Shown here: positions 19,930-29,569 of the stretch, piece by piece
How the letters are laid out: the number at the start of each line of letters is the position of its first letter
Position numbering within the stretch: the first letter of the stretch is position 1
DNA from: a virus
DNA: 64,000 nt
Reading direction: 5' to 3' (one strand)
IMG/VR virus record: IMGVR_UViG_3300042878_001497
Coordinates: 32,001-96,000 of that record
Position numbers and translations under genes: made by a program
The notes under the pieces: model-generated
The model's database searches: none
Told to the model about the DNA's origin: nothing
What the model saw: only the letters and a program-made list of their open reading frames with translations

Positions 19930-20390
19930 GCACATTTAGATCAACAAAAGTATTTGATGGTTACTCAACAGTATTCCGTCAATGGAAAGCCGAAGGAACA
20001 CACTGCAGATTCCTTCACGGCTATGGAGTAAGTTTAAAAGTATGGTTCGAAGGTGAACTTGACGAACGTAACTGGGTATGGGATTTCGGAGGTATGAAAC
20101 GTGCTACTGGAACTATTGACGGTATGAATCCTAAAGCATGGATGGATCATATGCTCGACCATACTACAATTATTGCAGAAGATGATCCGTATCTTTCTTA
20201 CTTCCAGAATATGTACACAGAAGGTATGATTCAATTACGAGTTATTCCAGCTACTGGAGCAGAGCGTTTTGCAGAGTATTTCTACAATAAACTGAATACA
20301 TTTATTCAAGAAGAAACAGATAATCGTGTTAAAGTAGTTCAAGTTGAATTTCGTGAGCACGAAAAGAACACAGCATTTTATAAAGGTTAA
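19926..20390 (+). CDS. queD: 6-carboxytetrahydropterin synthase
   Basis: HCRFLHGY, DFGG, LDH, AERFA, E..N.A motifs. Confidence 0.92.
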   Translation: MSTFRSTKVFDGYSTVFRQWKAEGTHCRFLHGYGVSLKVWFEGELDERNWVWDFGGMKRATGTIDGMNPKAWMDHMLDHTTIIAEDDPYLSYFQNMYTEGMIQLRVIPATGAERFAEYFYNKLNTFIQEETDNRVKVVQVEFREHEKNTAFYKG

Positions 20391-20392
20391 TT

Positions 20393-21175
20393 ATGCCATT
20401 AGGAAGAATAGAAGATTATAGTAAAGTTCTACCGATTGTAGAGCTTTACACTTGCATCCAGTCAGAAGGCAGCCGTGCCGGCCGTCCTACTGTTGCAGTC
20501 CGTACTACAGGCTGTACCCACCGCTGCTACTTCGGAGAAGGCGGATGGTGTGATAGCTGGTACACTTCAATCCATCCGGAGAAAGGTAAATACACTTTCC
20601 AGGATATTATCAACATTTACGATCAGAATCCTGAAATTAAGGAGATGATGCTGACGGGCGGTTCACCGACCATGCACCCTAAGCTTGTAAATGAACTAAC
20701 TCACTTTGCAAATGAAAGGCAAATTATCATCACAATCGAAACAGAAGGGTCTGCTTTCCTCGAAACAGATCATCCTATTGGGCTTATATCTTTCAGCCCT
20801 AAATTTAGCAACAGCGTGCCTGTACTTGGGACTACTACACCTCTTGGGGATATTGTAGACGAGAAACTTATCAAGACTCACAACCGTTACCGTCTCAATA
20901 AAGAGTCGATTGCTAAGTCAATGACTTACCATTCGGACTACCATATGAAGGTAGTAGTAAACCCAGTGGAGGACCCTCAGACATGGGCAGAGATTAAGTC
21001 TTTCCTAGATGAACTACAGGTACCTAAGCATAAGATTTGGATCATGCCTCCGGGGGATAATCGTCAGGAACTTATCCGAGTTTACCCAGCGGTAATTCAA
21101 TGGTGTACAGACAATATGTACAACTTCACCGGCCGTGAACACATCATTGCTTTTGATACTAAAAGAGAAGTTTAA
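20393..21175 (+). CDS. queE: 7-carboxy-7-deazaguanine synthase (radical SAM)
   Basis: IQSEG, RTTGC..RC......CDS, TGGSP, IETEG, SPK. Confidence 0.92.
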   Translation: MPLGRIEDYSKVLPIVELYTCIQSEGSRAGRPTVAVRTTGCTHRCYFGEGGWCDSWYTSIHPEKGKYTFQDIINIYDQNPEIKEMMLTGGSPTMHPKLVNELTHFANERQIIITIETEGSAFLETDHPIGLISFSPKFSNSVPVLGTTTPLGDIVDEKLIKTHNRYRLNKESIAKSMTYHSDYHMKVVVNPVEDPQTWAEIKSFLDELQVPKHKIWIMPPGDNRQELIRVYPAVIQWCTDNMYNFTGREHIIAFDTKREV

Positions 21176-21529
21176 TGTCTTTCGTCATTCTTAAGCATAC
21201 TAGCATCCAAGGAACCCCTCGTACTATCATCGTGAATGATAGCGAGGGTATTGCTATGGAATTTGAATCTGCAGATGCTGCTTTGAAACTAGCAGAGATC
21301 TTTCAAGCCAATACTACCTCAGGAAATATTTACGAAGTAAAACAGTTAAAATAATGCCACACGGATATCTAGCAAACCTACATCAGTTGTGGGCTCTTGG
21401 CGTTCTTGAGCCAGCAGGCGTTATCGCCGCTATACATCCTTACGGGTACAAACTAAACTACCTTACCTTAAATGGGATCGGAGTAGGAAAAGAAAACGAA
21501 AGGTTTGAGTTCAAGTACAGAGAATAGTA

Positions 21530-21721
21530 ATGACATTAGGACAGGTTATAACAGTAGGAGATGATTGGTACCAGGTTATTAGAACAGTTAGAGAAGGTCG
21601 TGAATGGGATGTTGAACTTCTTAAACAGTACTGGTTTTGTTCGCATACCTTCCGTAAGGATGGTTTACTCTATTTTTGCCGAGCGATTGAAAAAGTTGAA
21701 TTTGAAGAAATAACAGAGTGA
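21530..21721 (+). CDS. Small hypothetical protein
   Basis: 63-aa ORF. Confidence 0.55.
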   Translation: MTLGQVITVGDDWYQVIRTVREGREWDVELLKQYWFCSHTFRKDGLLYFCRAIEKVEFEEITE

Positions 21722-22392
21722 TTGCAATACTAGGAGGAACAGGGTTGCTGGGAAAAGAGTTACAAAAGCTAGATTCTTCCTTAGTCTGTACGGGCCGGGA
21801 AATTGATATTACTAACTTTAAAGAAGTCTTCTACTACCTTAATAAAGTAAACCCGGATACTGTAGTCAACGCAGCTGCAATAACAAATTCCATAGAGGTT
21901 TCTGAGAATCCTATTCCTGCTATAGACGTTAATATTATAGGTGCTGCTAATATAGCTAAGTACTGTCAGCAATATGGTAAGAGATTGGTATATATTAGCA
22001 CAGACTACGTCTATCCCGGAACTGGTAACCATGTAGAGGATGATGCTCTATACCCAAATAACGAATATGCGTGGACTAAATTAGGGGGAGAATGTTCTTC
22101 TAGATTGGTGAAAGATCATTGTATAATTCGTACTAGTTTTGGAAGTAGAAAATTTCCTTATCCTGCTGCATATATAAATTTATTTACAAGTAAAGAATAC
22201 GTAGGTGTGCTTGCTCCTCAAATCTTAAAAATTATACAGAGTAAACTTAACGGAATTGTAAATGTAGGAGGTTACAGAAAAAGTTCATATATTTACGCAT
22301 CACAGTACAGCAAGGTTGACAAAATTCAATTAGAACATAGTAAAGATTTTAGCCTAAACACAGCAAAATATAATGAGAATTTCCCAGAGTGA
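21718..22392 (+). CDS. RmlD-like NDP-4-keto-sugar reductase (SDR)
   Basis: GGTGLLG, NAAA, ISTDYV, YAWTKLGGE. Confidence 0.85.
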   Translation: MIAILGGTGLLGKELQKLDSSLVCTGREIDITNFKEVFYYLNKVNPDTVVNAAAITNSIEVSENPIPAIDVNIIGAANIAKYCQQYGKRLVYISTDYVYPGTGNHVEDDALYPNNEYAWTKLGGECSSRLVKDHCIIRTSFGSRKFPYPAAYINLFTSKEYVGVLAPQILKIIQSKLNGIVNVGGYRKSSYIYASQYSKVDKIQLEHSKDFSLNTAKYNENFPE

Positions 22393-23605
22393 TTCATGCC
22401 CGATAACCGGAACTTCAGAAAGACTTAAGTACTTTTCTCTAGGCGAAATGCCGCTTGTTAATAATCTTGCCGATACTTTAGAAGAATCTTTAACCTGCAA
22501 AAAGATTCCTTTAGAACTAAACTATTTTGCAGAATCAAAACTTACTGCTTTAACTACTTTTGTAGACAGTCAGTCTTTGTTTAGTAACTACCTTTACAAG
22601 TCTGGAGTTAACACTCCCTACATTTCTCATAGTAGAAAAATGTTCAAAGATGTACGGAAGCTCTTACAACTTAAAGACCAGGACCTTATTGTAGACATTG
22701 GAGGTAATGATGGAACACTTCTTAAAACTTTTCGAGAAACTTCTAAAACATCCCTACAGTACCTAAATATTGATGGTTCTGAAAACATCACACAGTACTC
22801 TAAAGAACAGGGAATTAATACACTCTGCGAGTTTTTTAATGAAGATACCCCTACCCGAGTTAAAACTTTAGCCAAAGTTGTTGTATCCACAAATGTTTTT
22901 CAACATTTACAGGATACTAATTCTTTTGTTAGAGGGGTAAAAAAACTTCTACAATCAGACGGTGTATGGGTACTAGAATTTCCGTACTGGCTTCATGATA
23001 TGAAGACCAAGCAATTTGACCAGGTGTACCATGAGCATATGTACTACTACACAGTTACTCCGCTAGTAGCAATGATGCAAAAACACGAGTTGGAAGTTTT
23101 ACGAGTAGTTCCTCAAAAAATACATGGAGGTACTTTGCGTCTAATCATAGGGCATTTAGGAGGTAATCAACACCTAAAAGATAGTAGTGTAGAAGTTTAC
23201 CTAAAGAGAGAATCTAAACTTACACCCAAGTTCTACCAGCAGTGGGGAGCAAAAATTAAACAGCATTTGGTATCCTGTGAGAGTGAACTAAAGTACCTAA
23301 AAGGTAAAGGTAAGACCCTGGTAGGATTTGCTGCAAGTGCTAAGGGATGTGTCTTTCTAAACAGTGCCGGGATAGATTGTAAAGTACTTGATTTCATTAT
23401 CGATGATACTGATATAAAACAAGGCAAATTTATGCCGGGTACCGGACTAGAAATTAAAGGGAGAGGAGATGTAGATTTTGAACAAATTGATTACATTCTT
23501 ATACTCTCTCATAATTTTAGTGATCATATCATAAAAAGTCTTAAAGACGAAGGATATGAAGGTAAGTTTGTTGTGTGTTTACCTTCTTATAAAGTACTAT
23601 CATGA
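22373..23605 (+). CDS. NDP-hexose C-methyltransferase-like SAM methyltransferase
   Basis: DIGGNDG, FDQVYHEH, HGGTLR, AASAKG, KQGKFMPG. Confidence 0.88.
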   Translation: MRISQSDSCPITGTSERLKYFSLGEMPLVNNLADTLEESLTCKKIPLELNYFAESKLTALTTFVDSQSLFSNYLYKSGVNTPYISHSRKMFKDVRKLLQLKDQDLIVDIGGNDGTLLKTFRETSKTSLQYLNIDGSENITQYSKEQGINTLCEFFNEDTPTRVKTLAKVVVSTNVFQHLQDTNSFVRGVKKLLQSDGVWVLEFPYWLHDMKTKQFDQVYHEHMYYYTVTPLVAMMQKHELEVLRVVPQKIHGGTLRLIIGHLGGNQHLKDSSVEVYLKRESKLTPKFYQQWGAKIKQHLVSCESELKYLKGKGKTLVGFAASAKGCVFLNSAGIDCKVLDFIIDDTDIKQGKFMPGTGLEIKGRGDVDFEQIDYILILSHNFSDHIIKSLKDEGYEGKFVVCLPSYKVLS

Positions 23606-24378
23606 ATTCAATCCCAGTAATAGGAACAGCAATTGTAAACACGCCCTACTGGCTATACCGGCTGATTGCTAGTGTAGACTACCCGGTGGATAACTTTGTT
23701 ATCTTTAATAACAACGGTCGAGGAGAAATCACAGAAGAGCTTGACAATCTAGCTAAACTCTCTCATAAGTTTATTAAGAAAATTACAGTATGCCACTTAC
23801 CTGCTAATCTAGGTGTGCCTGGAGCATTTAACCTTATTATAAAAAGTTATATAAATTCTCCTAGCTGGTTGATAGTAAACTACGATGTAGCTTTTGGACC
23901 AGGCTTCTTAAAAGAGATGGCAGAGAAAGCTTCTGACCCGGAAGTAGGAATGGTACATGGTAAAGCAGGTGATTTTGATTTACCGAGCTGGGATGTATTC
24001 CTAATTAAAGACTGGGTAGTACAGCAGTACGGACTCTTTGACGAAAACTTAACCCCAGCTTACTGCGAAGATGCAGATTATTTTATGAGATTTGTGCATA
24101 GGCCTATAAAAGTAGTAAAGCAGCTAGACAGTATTTATTACCACGGCCCTGGTGTAGATTACTACGAACACGGAAGTCAAACCAAAAAAGGAGAACCTGC
24201 ACTAGCAGCAAAATTAGATCAGGTTAACGAAATAAATTTTGAATATATGTTTAAAAAGTGGGGTGAAGGTTGGAGATGGGTAAACCCACTACCTACACCT
24301 TTTGATATAGAAGGAACTCCTATCTCAACAACTACTTTTGATTTAGAATTTGTACGCAAAAAACATTTAGGCTTTTAA
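23602..24378 (+). CDS. Glycosyltransferase (GT2-like)
   Basis: NLGV, VNYDV, GLFDEN..PAYCEDADY. Confidence 0.8.
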   Translation: MNSIPVIGTAIVNTPYWLYRLIASVDYPVDNFVIFNNNGRGEITEELDNLAKLSHKFIKKITVCHLPANLGVPGAFNLIIKSYINSPSWLIVNYDVAFGPGFLKEMAEKASDPEVGMVHGKAGDFDLPSWDVFLIKDWVVQQYGLFDENLTPAYCEDADYFMRFVHRPIKVVKQLDSIYYHGPGVDYYEHGSQTKKGEPALAAKLDQVNEINFEYMFKKWGEGWRWVNPLPTPFDIEGTPISTTTFDLEFVRKKHLGF

Positions 24379-24379
24379 T

Positions 24380-25054
24380 ATGGACGAATATACTTTATAC
24401 GACGCTGAACCGGATTCACAGTGGGGAATCATTACAGGAAATTTAGCACAACACAACCCTCAGCAGAATCCACGATTCTGGGTGGTTGATAATTTTTATA
24501 AGAATCCCGACCAAATTAGGGAGTACGGTCTCTCGCAAGTATACTTTGAGGGGGAAGGAGCAGTGGGTTGGAGAACCCGTAAGCAGTTCCTTTTTGATGG
24601 ACTCAAAGAGCAGTTTGAAAAAATTACAAACAAGAAGATTTTAGATCATACCCCGGAAGGAACCGGCTGGTACGATGTAGGTATTAACGGACGCTTCCAG
24701 GCCTGTGAAGCAGGAACTAAGACGGTATTTCACTGCGATAGCCAGCAATGGGCTGCAGTTCTCTATCTAACTCCAGATGCTCCTCCCCAGAGCGGTACTA
24801 GCTTCTACCGACATAAGGAGACTAAAGTTAGACATAGTTCTGAGATTGCTTGGGGTACCGGGGAAGAACTGGCCACATTTAATCAAAAGACCTTTGTTGA
24901 TCCTACTCCTTTTGAGAGAGTAGATACAGTTGGTAACGTTTATAACAGGCTTGTTATTTTTGATGGAAAGCTTATTCACTCCGGTAATGATTACTTTGGA
25001 TGGGATATTCCTTCTAGCAGGTTCTTTCAAATTTTCTTTTTTGATGTTGAGTAA
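24380..25054 (+). CDS. 2OG-Fe(II) oxygenase-like protein (DUF6445-like)
   Basis: VVDNFY, HCD, AVLYLTP, GTSFY, NRLVIFDG..IH, R..QIFF. Confidence 0.8.
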   Translation: MDEYTLYDAEPDSQWGIITGNLAQHNPQQNPRFWVVDNFYKNPDQIREYGLSQVYFEGEGAVGWRTRKQFLFDGLKEQFEKITNKKILDHTPEGTGWYDVGINGRFQACEAGTKTVFHCDSQQWAAVLYLTPDAPPQSGTSFYRHKETKVRHSSEIAWGTGEELATFNQKTFVDPTPFERVDTVGNVYNRLVIFDGKLIHSGNDYFGWDIPSSRFFQIFFFDVE

Positions 25055-25409
25055 AGTTTTTTTAATTGACATCGACGGTACAATCTGCGATGATATCAAG
25101 AACGAAGAAAGCCACCTGTACCCGGCCGCTAACCCTTTGCCCAATGCTAGGGATATTATCAATAAATGGTACGATGAAGGTAGCGTAATTACTTTCTTTA
25201 CTGCCCGAGAATCCAAAGATAGAGCAGTAACAGAGGAGTGGCTTCACCGCCACGGTTTCAAGTACCACGGGCTTGTAATGGACAAGCCTAGAATTAAAGA
25301 TGGACAGGAGTATGTCTGGATTGATAACAGGAAAGTTAGAGCAATCACCTATCTTGGTACTTGGTCCGAACTAACAGAAGTAGATGCAAGAATACAAACC
25401 TTTCAGTAA
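25044..25409 (+). CDS. HAD-superfamily phosphatase
   Basis: DIDGT, FTAR, KP, WIDN; start at ATG 25044. Confidence 0.85.
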   Translation: MLSKVFLIDIDGTICDDIKNEESHLYPAANPLPNARDIINKWYDEGSVITFFTARESKDRAVTEEWLHRHGFKYHGLVMDKPRIKDGQEYVWIDNRKVRAITYLGTWSELTEVDARIQTFQ

Positions 25410-26404
25410 TGAACAACTTAGATAAAGCATACCAGGCACTCCTACAGGACATCCTAGATAACGGAGTGAAAAAGGAAGACAGAACAGGTACTGGAACTAT
25501 CTCAGTATTTGGTCGTCAAATTAGACATAAAATGTCCGAAGGTTATCCTTTGCTTACTATCAAGAAAATGGCATTCAAGACTATGGTAACTGAGTTACTA
25601 TGGTTTTTGAAAGGAGATACCAATATCAAGTATTTGGTTGAGAATGGATGTAACATATGGACTGGGGATGCTTATAAGAATTATTCAAGTAAAGTTCAAC
25701 CATGGGAACCTCATTCAGATCTGAATCATTTCATTGAACGAATCAAAACTGATGATAAGTTTGCTAAGAAGTGGGGTGAATTAGGTCCAATTTACGGTAA
25801 GCAATGGAGAGCATTTGATGAAGAGGAATGGGGTGGTATAGACCAAATCCAAAACCTAATTAACGACCTCAAAACAAACCCAGACTCAAGACGATTAATG
25901 GTTACAGCTTGGAATCCATCCTATCAGCATCAAATGGTTCTTCCGCCTTGTCATTATGGATTTCAAGTCTATACTCGTGAATTACATTTGGATGAGCGAA
26001 TTGACATTTATAATGGTGATAGAATTCCCATGAATCAAAGTAGCGATTATTTTCACGAGCATATGGATGCTTACGGTATTCCTCGTAGAGCAATCTCTTT
26101 AATGTGGAATCAACGTTCAGTAGATACATTCTTAGGTTTACCTTTCAATATTGCCTCTTACGGACTATTGCTTGAAATGATTGCTAAAGAAGTAAACATG
26201 GTACCTGACGAATTGATTGGTAATTTAGGAGATGTTCATTTGTATTCAAATCACATTGAACAAGCAAAAGAACAAATCACTAGAAAGCCAATGACATTAC
26301 CTACAGTAGAGATAACAGAACTAAATTTGTTGGAAGGTAGTGTATCGGTAGAACTAAAAAATTATATTCACCACGACCCAATTAAAGCACCTTTATCAAA
26401 TTAA
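25409..26404 (+). CDS. thyA: Thymidylate synthase
   Basis: DRTGTGT, ELLWFL, GPIYGKQW, LPPCH, QRSVD, PFNIASY, HLYSNH. Confidence 0.97.
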   Translation: MNNLDKAYQALLQDILDNGVKKEDRTGTGTISVFGRQIRHKMSEGYPLLTIKKMAFKTMVTELLWFLKGDTNIKYLVENGCNIWTGDAYKNYSSKVQPWEPHSDLNHFIERIKTDDKFAKKWGELGPIYGKQWRAFDEEEWGGIDQIQNLINDLKTNPDSRRLMVTAWNPSYQHQMVLPPCHYGFQVYTRELHLDERIDIYNGDRIPMNQSSDYFHEHMDAYGIPRRAISLMWNQRSVDTFLGLPFNIASYGLLLEMIAKEVNMVPDELIGNLGDVHLYSNHIEQAKEQITRKPMTLPTVEITELNLLEGSVSVELKNYIHHDPIKAPLSN

Positions 26405-26406
26405 TT

Positions 26407-27000
26407 ATGAAAAAACTAATACTACTATTTTTATTTCCTATCTCGCTGTTTGGACAGCTCCGTGATAGTGTTTACTTTAATAACAACAATTTTATTGTTA
26501 ACTACTCCGAAACCCTAGAAGGACCTCGTTCGATACGTTATACAGTGCTTTGTCCGACCGGCACAGCTTCAAGATCGGGTATGGAGTTCTACAAGGAGAA
26601 AAAGATTCACACCTCAGATCACAAAGACTATGAAGCAAACGAATGGGATAAAGGGCACATGGCCCCCGCGGCATCTTTTAATTGCAATCGTGATATGCTA
26701 TACGGTACTTTCACCTATGTCAATTCTAGCCTTCAACAACAAAGTCTAAATAGAGGAGTTTGGAAAAAACTCGAAGTAAGAGAAAGAGAATTAGCTACAT
26801 CAGGACCAGTACGAGTTTTTATCCGAGTTGAATACCCTACTACTCCTGTTAGAGTTACAACCGGTGCTGCTATACCTTTAGGGTACTATAAGGAAATAAA
26901 AGTTGGAAATAAGAGAGAATGTTACTATTTTAAGAACGTAGCCCCGTCTACTTCGGACTTGGAGGCTTTTAAATGTACTTGCAAAAACGTTATCCAATGA
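26407..27000 (+). CDS. Secreted DNA/RNA non-specific endonuclease
   Basis: Signal peptide; DKGHMAPAA; LNRGVWKKLE. Confidence 0.88.
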   Translation: MKKLILLFLFPISLFGQLRDSVYFNNNNFIVNYSETLEGPRSIRYTVLCPTGTASRSGMEFYKEKKIHTSDHKDYEANEWDKGHMAPAASFNCNRDMLYGTFTYVNSSLQQQSLNRGVWKKLEVRERELATSGPVRVFIRVEYPTTPVRVTTGAAIPLGYYKEIKVGNKRECYYFKNVAPSTSDLEAFKCTCKNVIQ

Positions 27001-27905
27001 AAAAATTACTAATTCTACTAACCCTAGTATTAGGGTTTACCTCAAGTGCATCACACCTCCTAGGAGGCGGTATAGGAGTATTTCAAACCAGTAAAGATTC
27101 TACCTCTGTAGGAGTATGGCTGGTCTCGGATGCTCAAGGGTTTCCAATGCCAAACTCAATCAATGTTGAGAAGTGGGAGATGAACTCGGTAGGATGGTAC
27201 GTTCAAAACGGAGCTATCTCACTCTCTAAAACTACCTCTGCGACCTTCCAAGGACACATCCTTACCAACTATACTTCAGAGTACCTGGATCTAGATTCTA
27301 ATAAGTACCGGTTTATTTATAGGAACTGCTGCTGGGGCATGCTAAGTAATTCTACCAGTTCTATGAACTCAGAATTTATTATTTCAGCTGATTACTGGCA
27401 TATCGCACTTAACTCAACTCCGTACGTTAGACTGCCTTTTATTATTAACCAGCAGACAGGTACTCGCAATACAATGAAACCGATCTGGGGAACAAATGCA
27501 TTCTTAGTTAATCCTGATACCTGGGATAATACGTCCATTACGCAGACAGACCTGCATTCAGGTTATGCTAACGGAGTATTCGTACCTCAAATTCATACTG
27601 AGATTCCTATGTATGTAAGTAATGACAGCATTAGCTGGGTACCTGGTACTCTTGGCAGATACGCAACAGGGTTTGAAATTAAAGATATGCGAAATGGACA
27701 GGTCATTGGCATTCAACGAGCACAGTGGACTTTTCTGGTAGTTCCCTCTACTATAGGTATAGAAGAAAATATTAAAGATTCTCAGACACAGTACCTGGTA
27801 TATGATTGGTACGGCCGGATTGTAGGAGATAAGTCAGAAGGGTTGAAAGGACTTTACGTAGTAAGGTACAGTAACGGTGAAGTAGAAAAAGTACTGTGCA
27901 ACTAA
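26997..27905 (+). CDS. Secreted protein with degenerate T9SS-like C-terminus
   Basis: Signal peptide then SHLLGG; ends YDWYGR...GLYVVRYSNG..EKV. Confidence 0.7.
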   Translation: MKKLLILLTLVLGFTSSASHLLGGGIGVFQTSKDSTSVGVWLVSDAQGFPMPNSINVEKWEMNSVGWYVQNGAISLSKTTSATFQGHILTNYTSEYLDLDSNKYRFIYRNCCWGMLSNSTSSMNSEFIISADYWHIALNSTPYVRLPFIINQQTGTRNTMKPIWGTNAFLVNPDTWDNTSITQTDLHSGYANGVFVPQIHTEIPMYVSNDSISWVPGTLGRYATGFEIKDMRNGQVIGIQRAQWTFLVVPSTIGIEENIKDSQTQYLVYDWYGRIVGDKSEGLKGLYVVRYSNGEVEKVLCN

Positions 27906-28303
27906 TCAACACCCACCCGATCAAGAAATCAGACCTAGGCTTCCACGGAAATCTCTTCGGTGGAAAGCTTATGGCCTGGATCGATGCGGCAGCAGCCTCT
28001 TATGCAATGGAGGTGTGTCACAATCGCAGAATGGTTACCGTCTGCATTGATAAGTGTGTGTTTAAGAAGCCTGCAAAGGAAGGGTCTCTGCTAAAGATAT
28101 ACGGGGATACCCTACATATCGGCACTACTAGCGTAACGCTTTACCTGGAAGGAAGAAGCTTTAACGTCTACACCCACGGTGAGGATGTAGTGCTGAGTAC
28201 CAACATTACCTTTGTCCGCATTGACGAAGAAGGAAGTGCTATTCCAATTTCAGATACAGTAAGAGAAAATTTAAAAAAGTATTTAGATGCAAAGTCTATT
28301 TGA
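27896..28303 (+). CDS. Acyl-CoA thioesterase (hotdog fold, YciA-like)
   Basis: HGNLFGGKLMAWID, VTV, FKKP, TFV. Confidence 0.88.
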   Translation: MQLINTHPIKKSDLGFHGNLFGGKLMAWIDAAAASYAMEVCHNRRMVTVCIDKCVFKKPAKEGSLLKIYGDTLHIGTTSVTLYLEGRSFNVYTHGEDVVLSTNITFVRIDEEGSAIPISDTVRENLKKYLDAKSI

Positions 28304-28799
28304 TATTAAAGAGATCGAAATCCAGACTAAAATCCTTGCCAAGAAGATTTCAGCTGAACACCAAGGAGACAAAACTCCCGTTGTAATGGTAGGACTGTTG
28401 AACGGAGCATTTATGTTCTATGCAGACCTGGTACGCAATATGGGCATTGATGTGGAATGTGACTTCATGAGAGTTAAAAGCTACACAGCCCAGTTCAAGC
28501 AAGGAGATATTAAGATTATTAAAGATCTCGAGACTCCTATCAGAGGAAAGCACGTGTACCTGGTAGACGATATCTACGATACCGGCTCTACTATGAAAGC
28601 ATTAATTGAGTACCTAGAGGTAAAAAAGCCCGCCTCTATCTCAATTGTAACTCTACTCCGTAGAGAAACCTCTCCAATCCCGGATCAAGCCTTCTACAAG
28701 TACCATGCATTCACCATCAAGGATGAATGGGTAGTAGGATTTGGAATGGATGACGAAAAAGGTTATTCAAGAAATCTCAATGGAGTATTTGCTCTGTAA
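28287..28799 (+). CDS. hpt: Hypoxanthine/guanine phosphoribosyltransferase
   Basis: LNGAFMF, LVDDIYDTGST, WVVGFGMD. Confidence 0.9.
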   Translation: MQSLFDIKEIEIQTKILAKKISAEHQGDKTPVVMVGLLNGAFMFYADLVRNMGIDVECDFMRVKSYTAQFKQGDIKIIKDLETPIRGKHVYLVDDIYDTGSTMKALIEYLEVKKPASISIVTLLRRETSPIPDQAFYKYHAFTIKDEWVVGFGMDDEKGYSRNLNGVFAL

Positions 28800-28822
28800 G
28801 AGAAGTTTTCGTATATTAAACA

Positions 28823-28855
28823 AAGGTGTTCGAAGCACCACCTTAAAAAAACAAT
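28823..28855 (+). promoter_or_regulatory. preQ1 class I riboswitch-like aptamer (copy 2)
   Basis: AAGGTG-TTCGAAGCAC-CACCTT-AAAAAAA-CAAT, between promoter and folE ATG. Confidence 0.72.
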
Positions 28856-28858
28856 TAT

Positions 28859-29569
28859 ATGGCAGATAAAAAACGTTATGATGTAGAGTTAGCTCAAGCC
28901 GGCTTTGCCAACGGTATTTCCTCTCAACTGGCAGAGAAATTTAACATGCATAAGATGAACGATATCTCTCTTACCGAACAAGAGAAATACGTTATTATTG
29001 AAAGAGCAGCTAAAGCATTCGGTGAGTTTCTCGATGCATTAGGAGTTGATTGGAAGAACGATCCTAACTCTTCAGATACTCCACGTCGTGTAGCAAAAGC
29101 TTATGTAAACGATTTATGGTACGGCCGATTCAATCCTATGCCTGCTATCACAGCCTTCCCTTCAGATGGTTACGACGGCATTGTATTTGAAGGAAATATT
29201 CCTTTGACTTCGATGTGTTCACATCACCATCAGACCATTACCGGTCGAGTTCATATCGGCTACATCCCCTCTAAGGACGGAAAGGTAATCGGGCTTTCTA
29301 AACTGAATCGTATTGTAGAGCATTTCGGCCGTCGAGGAGCTATTCAGGAGCAGCTTACTGTTGCTATCCATAACGCAGTTGATACTGTGTGTGAAGGTAA
29401 CCTTGGAGTAGCTGTAATGATTGAGGCAGGTCATAACTGTGTATCATGCCGAGGCACCAAGCACGCCGGTGCATCAATGAAAACATCAAAGCTTTCAGGC
29501 AGCTTCCTTGAAGAAGATTCAGCCCGTGCAGAGTTTTATGAATTTGTAAAAGGATACGCATGCAAGTAA
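28859..29569 (+). CDS. folE: GTP cyclohydrolase I
   Basis: DTPRRVAK, SMCSHH, GLSKLNR, IQEQLT, HNCVSCRG. Confidence 0.95.
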   Translation: MADKKRYDVELAQAGFANGISSQLAEKFNMHKMNDISLTEQEKYVIIERAAKAFGEFLDALGVDWKNDPNSSDTPRRVAKAYVNDLWYGRFNPMPAITAFPSDGYDGIVFEGNIPLTSMCSHHHQTITGRVHIGYIPSKDGKVIGLSKLNRIVEHFGRRGAIQEQLTVAIHNAVDTVCEGNLGVAVMIEAGHNCVSCRGTKHAGASMKTSKLSGSFLEEDSARAEFYEFVKGYACK

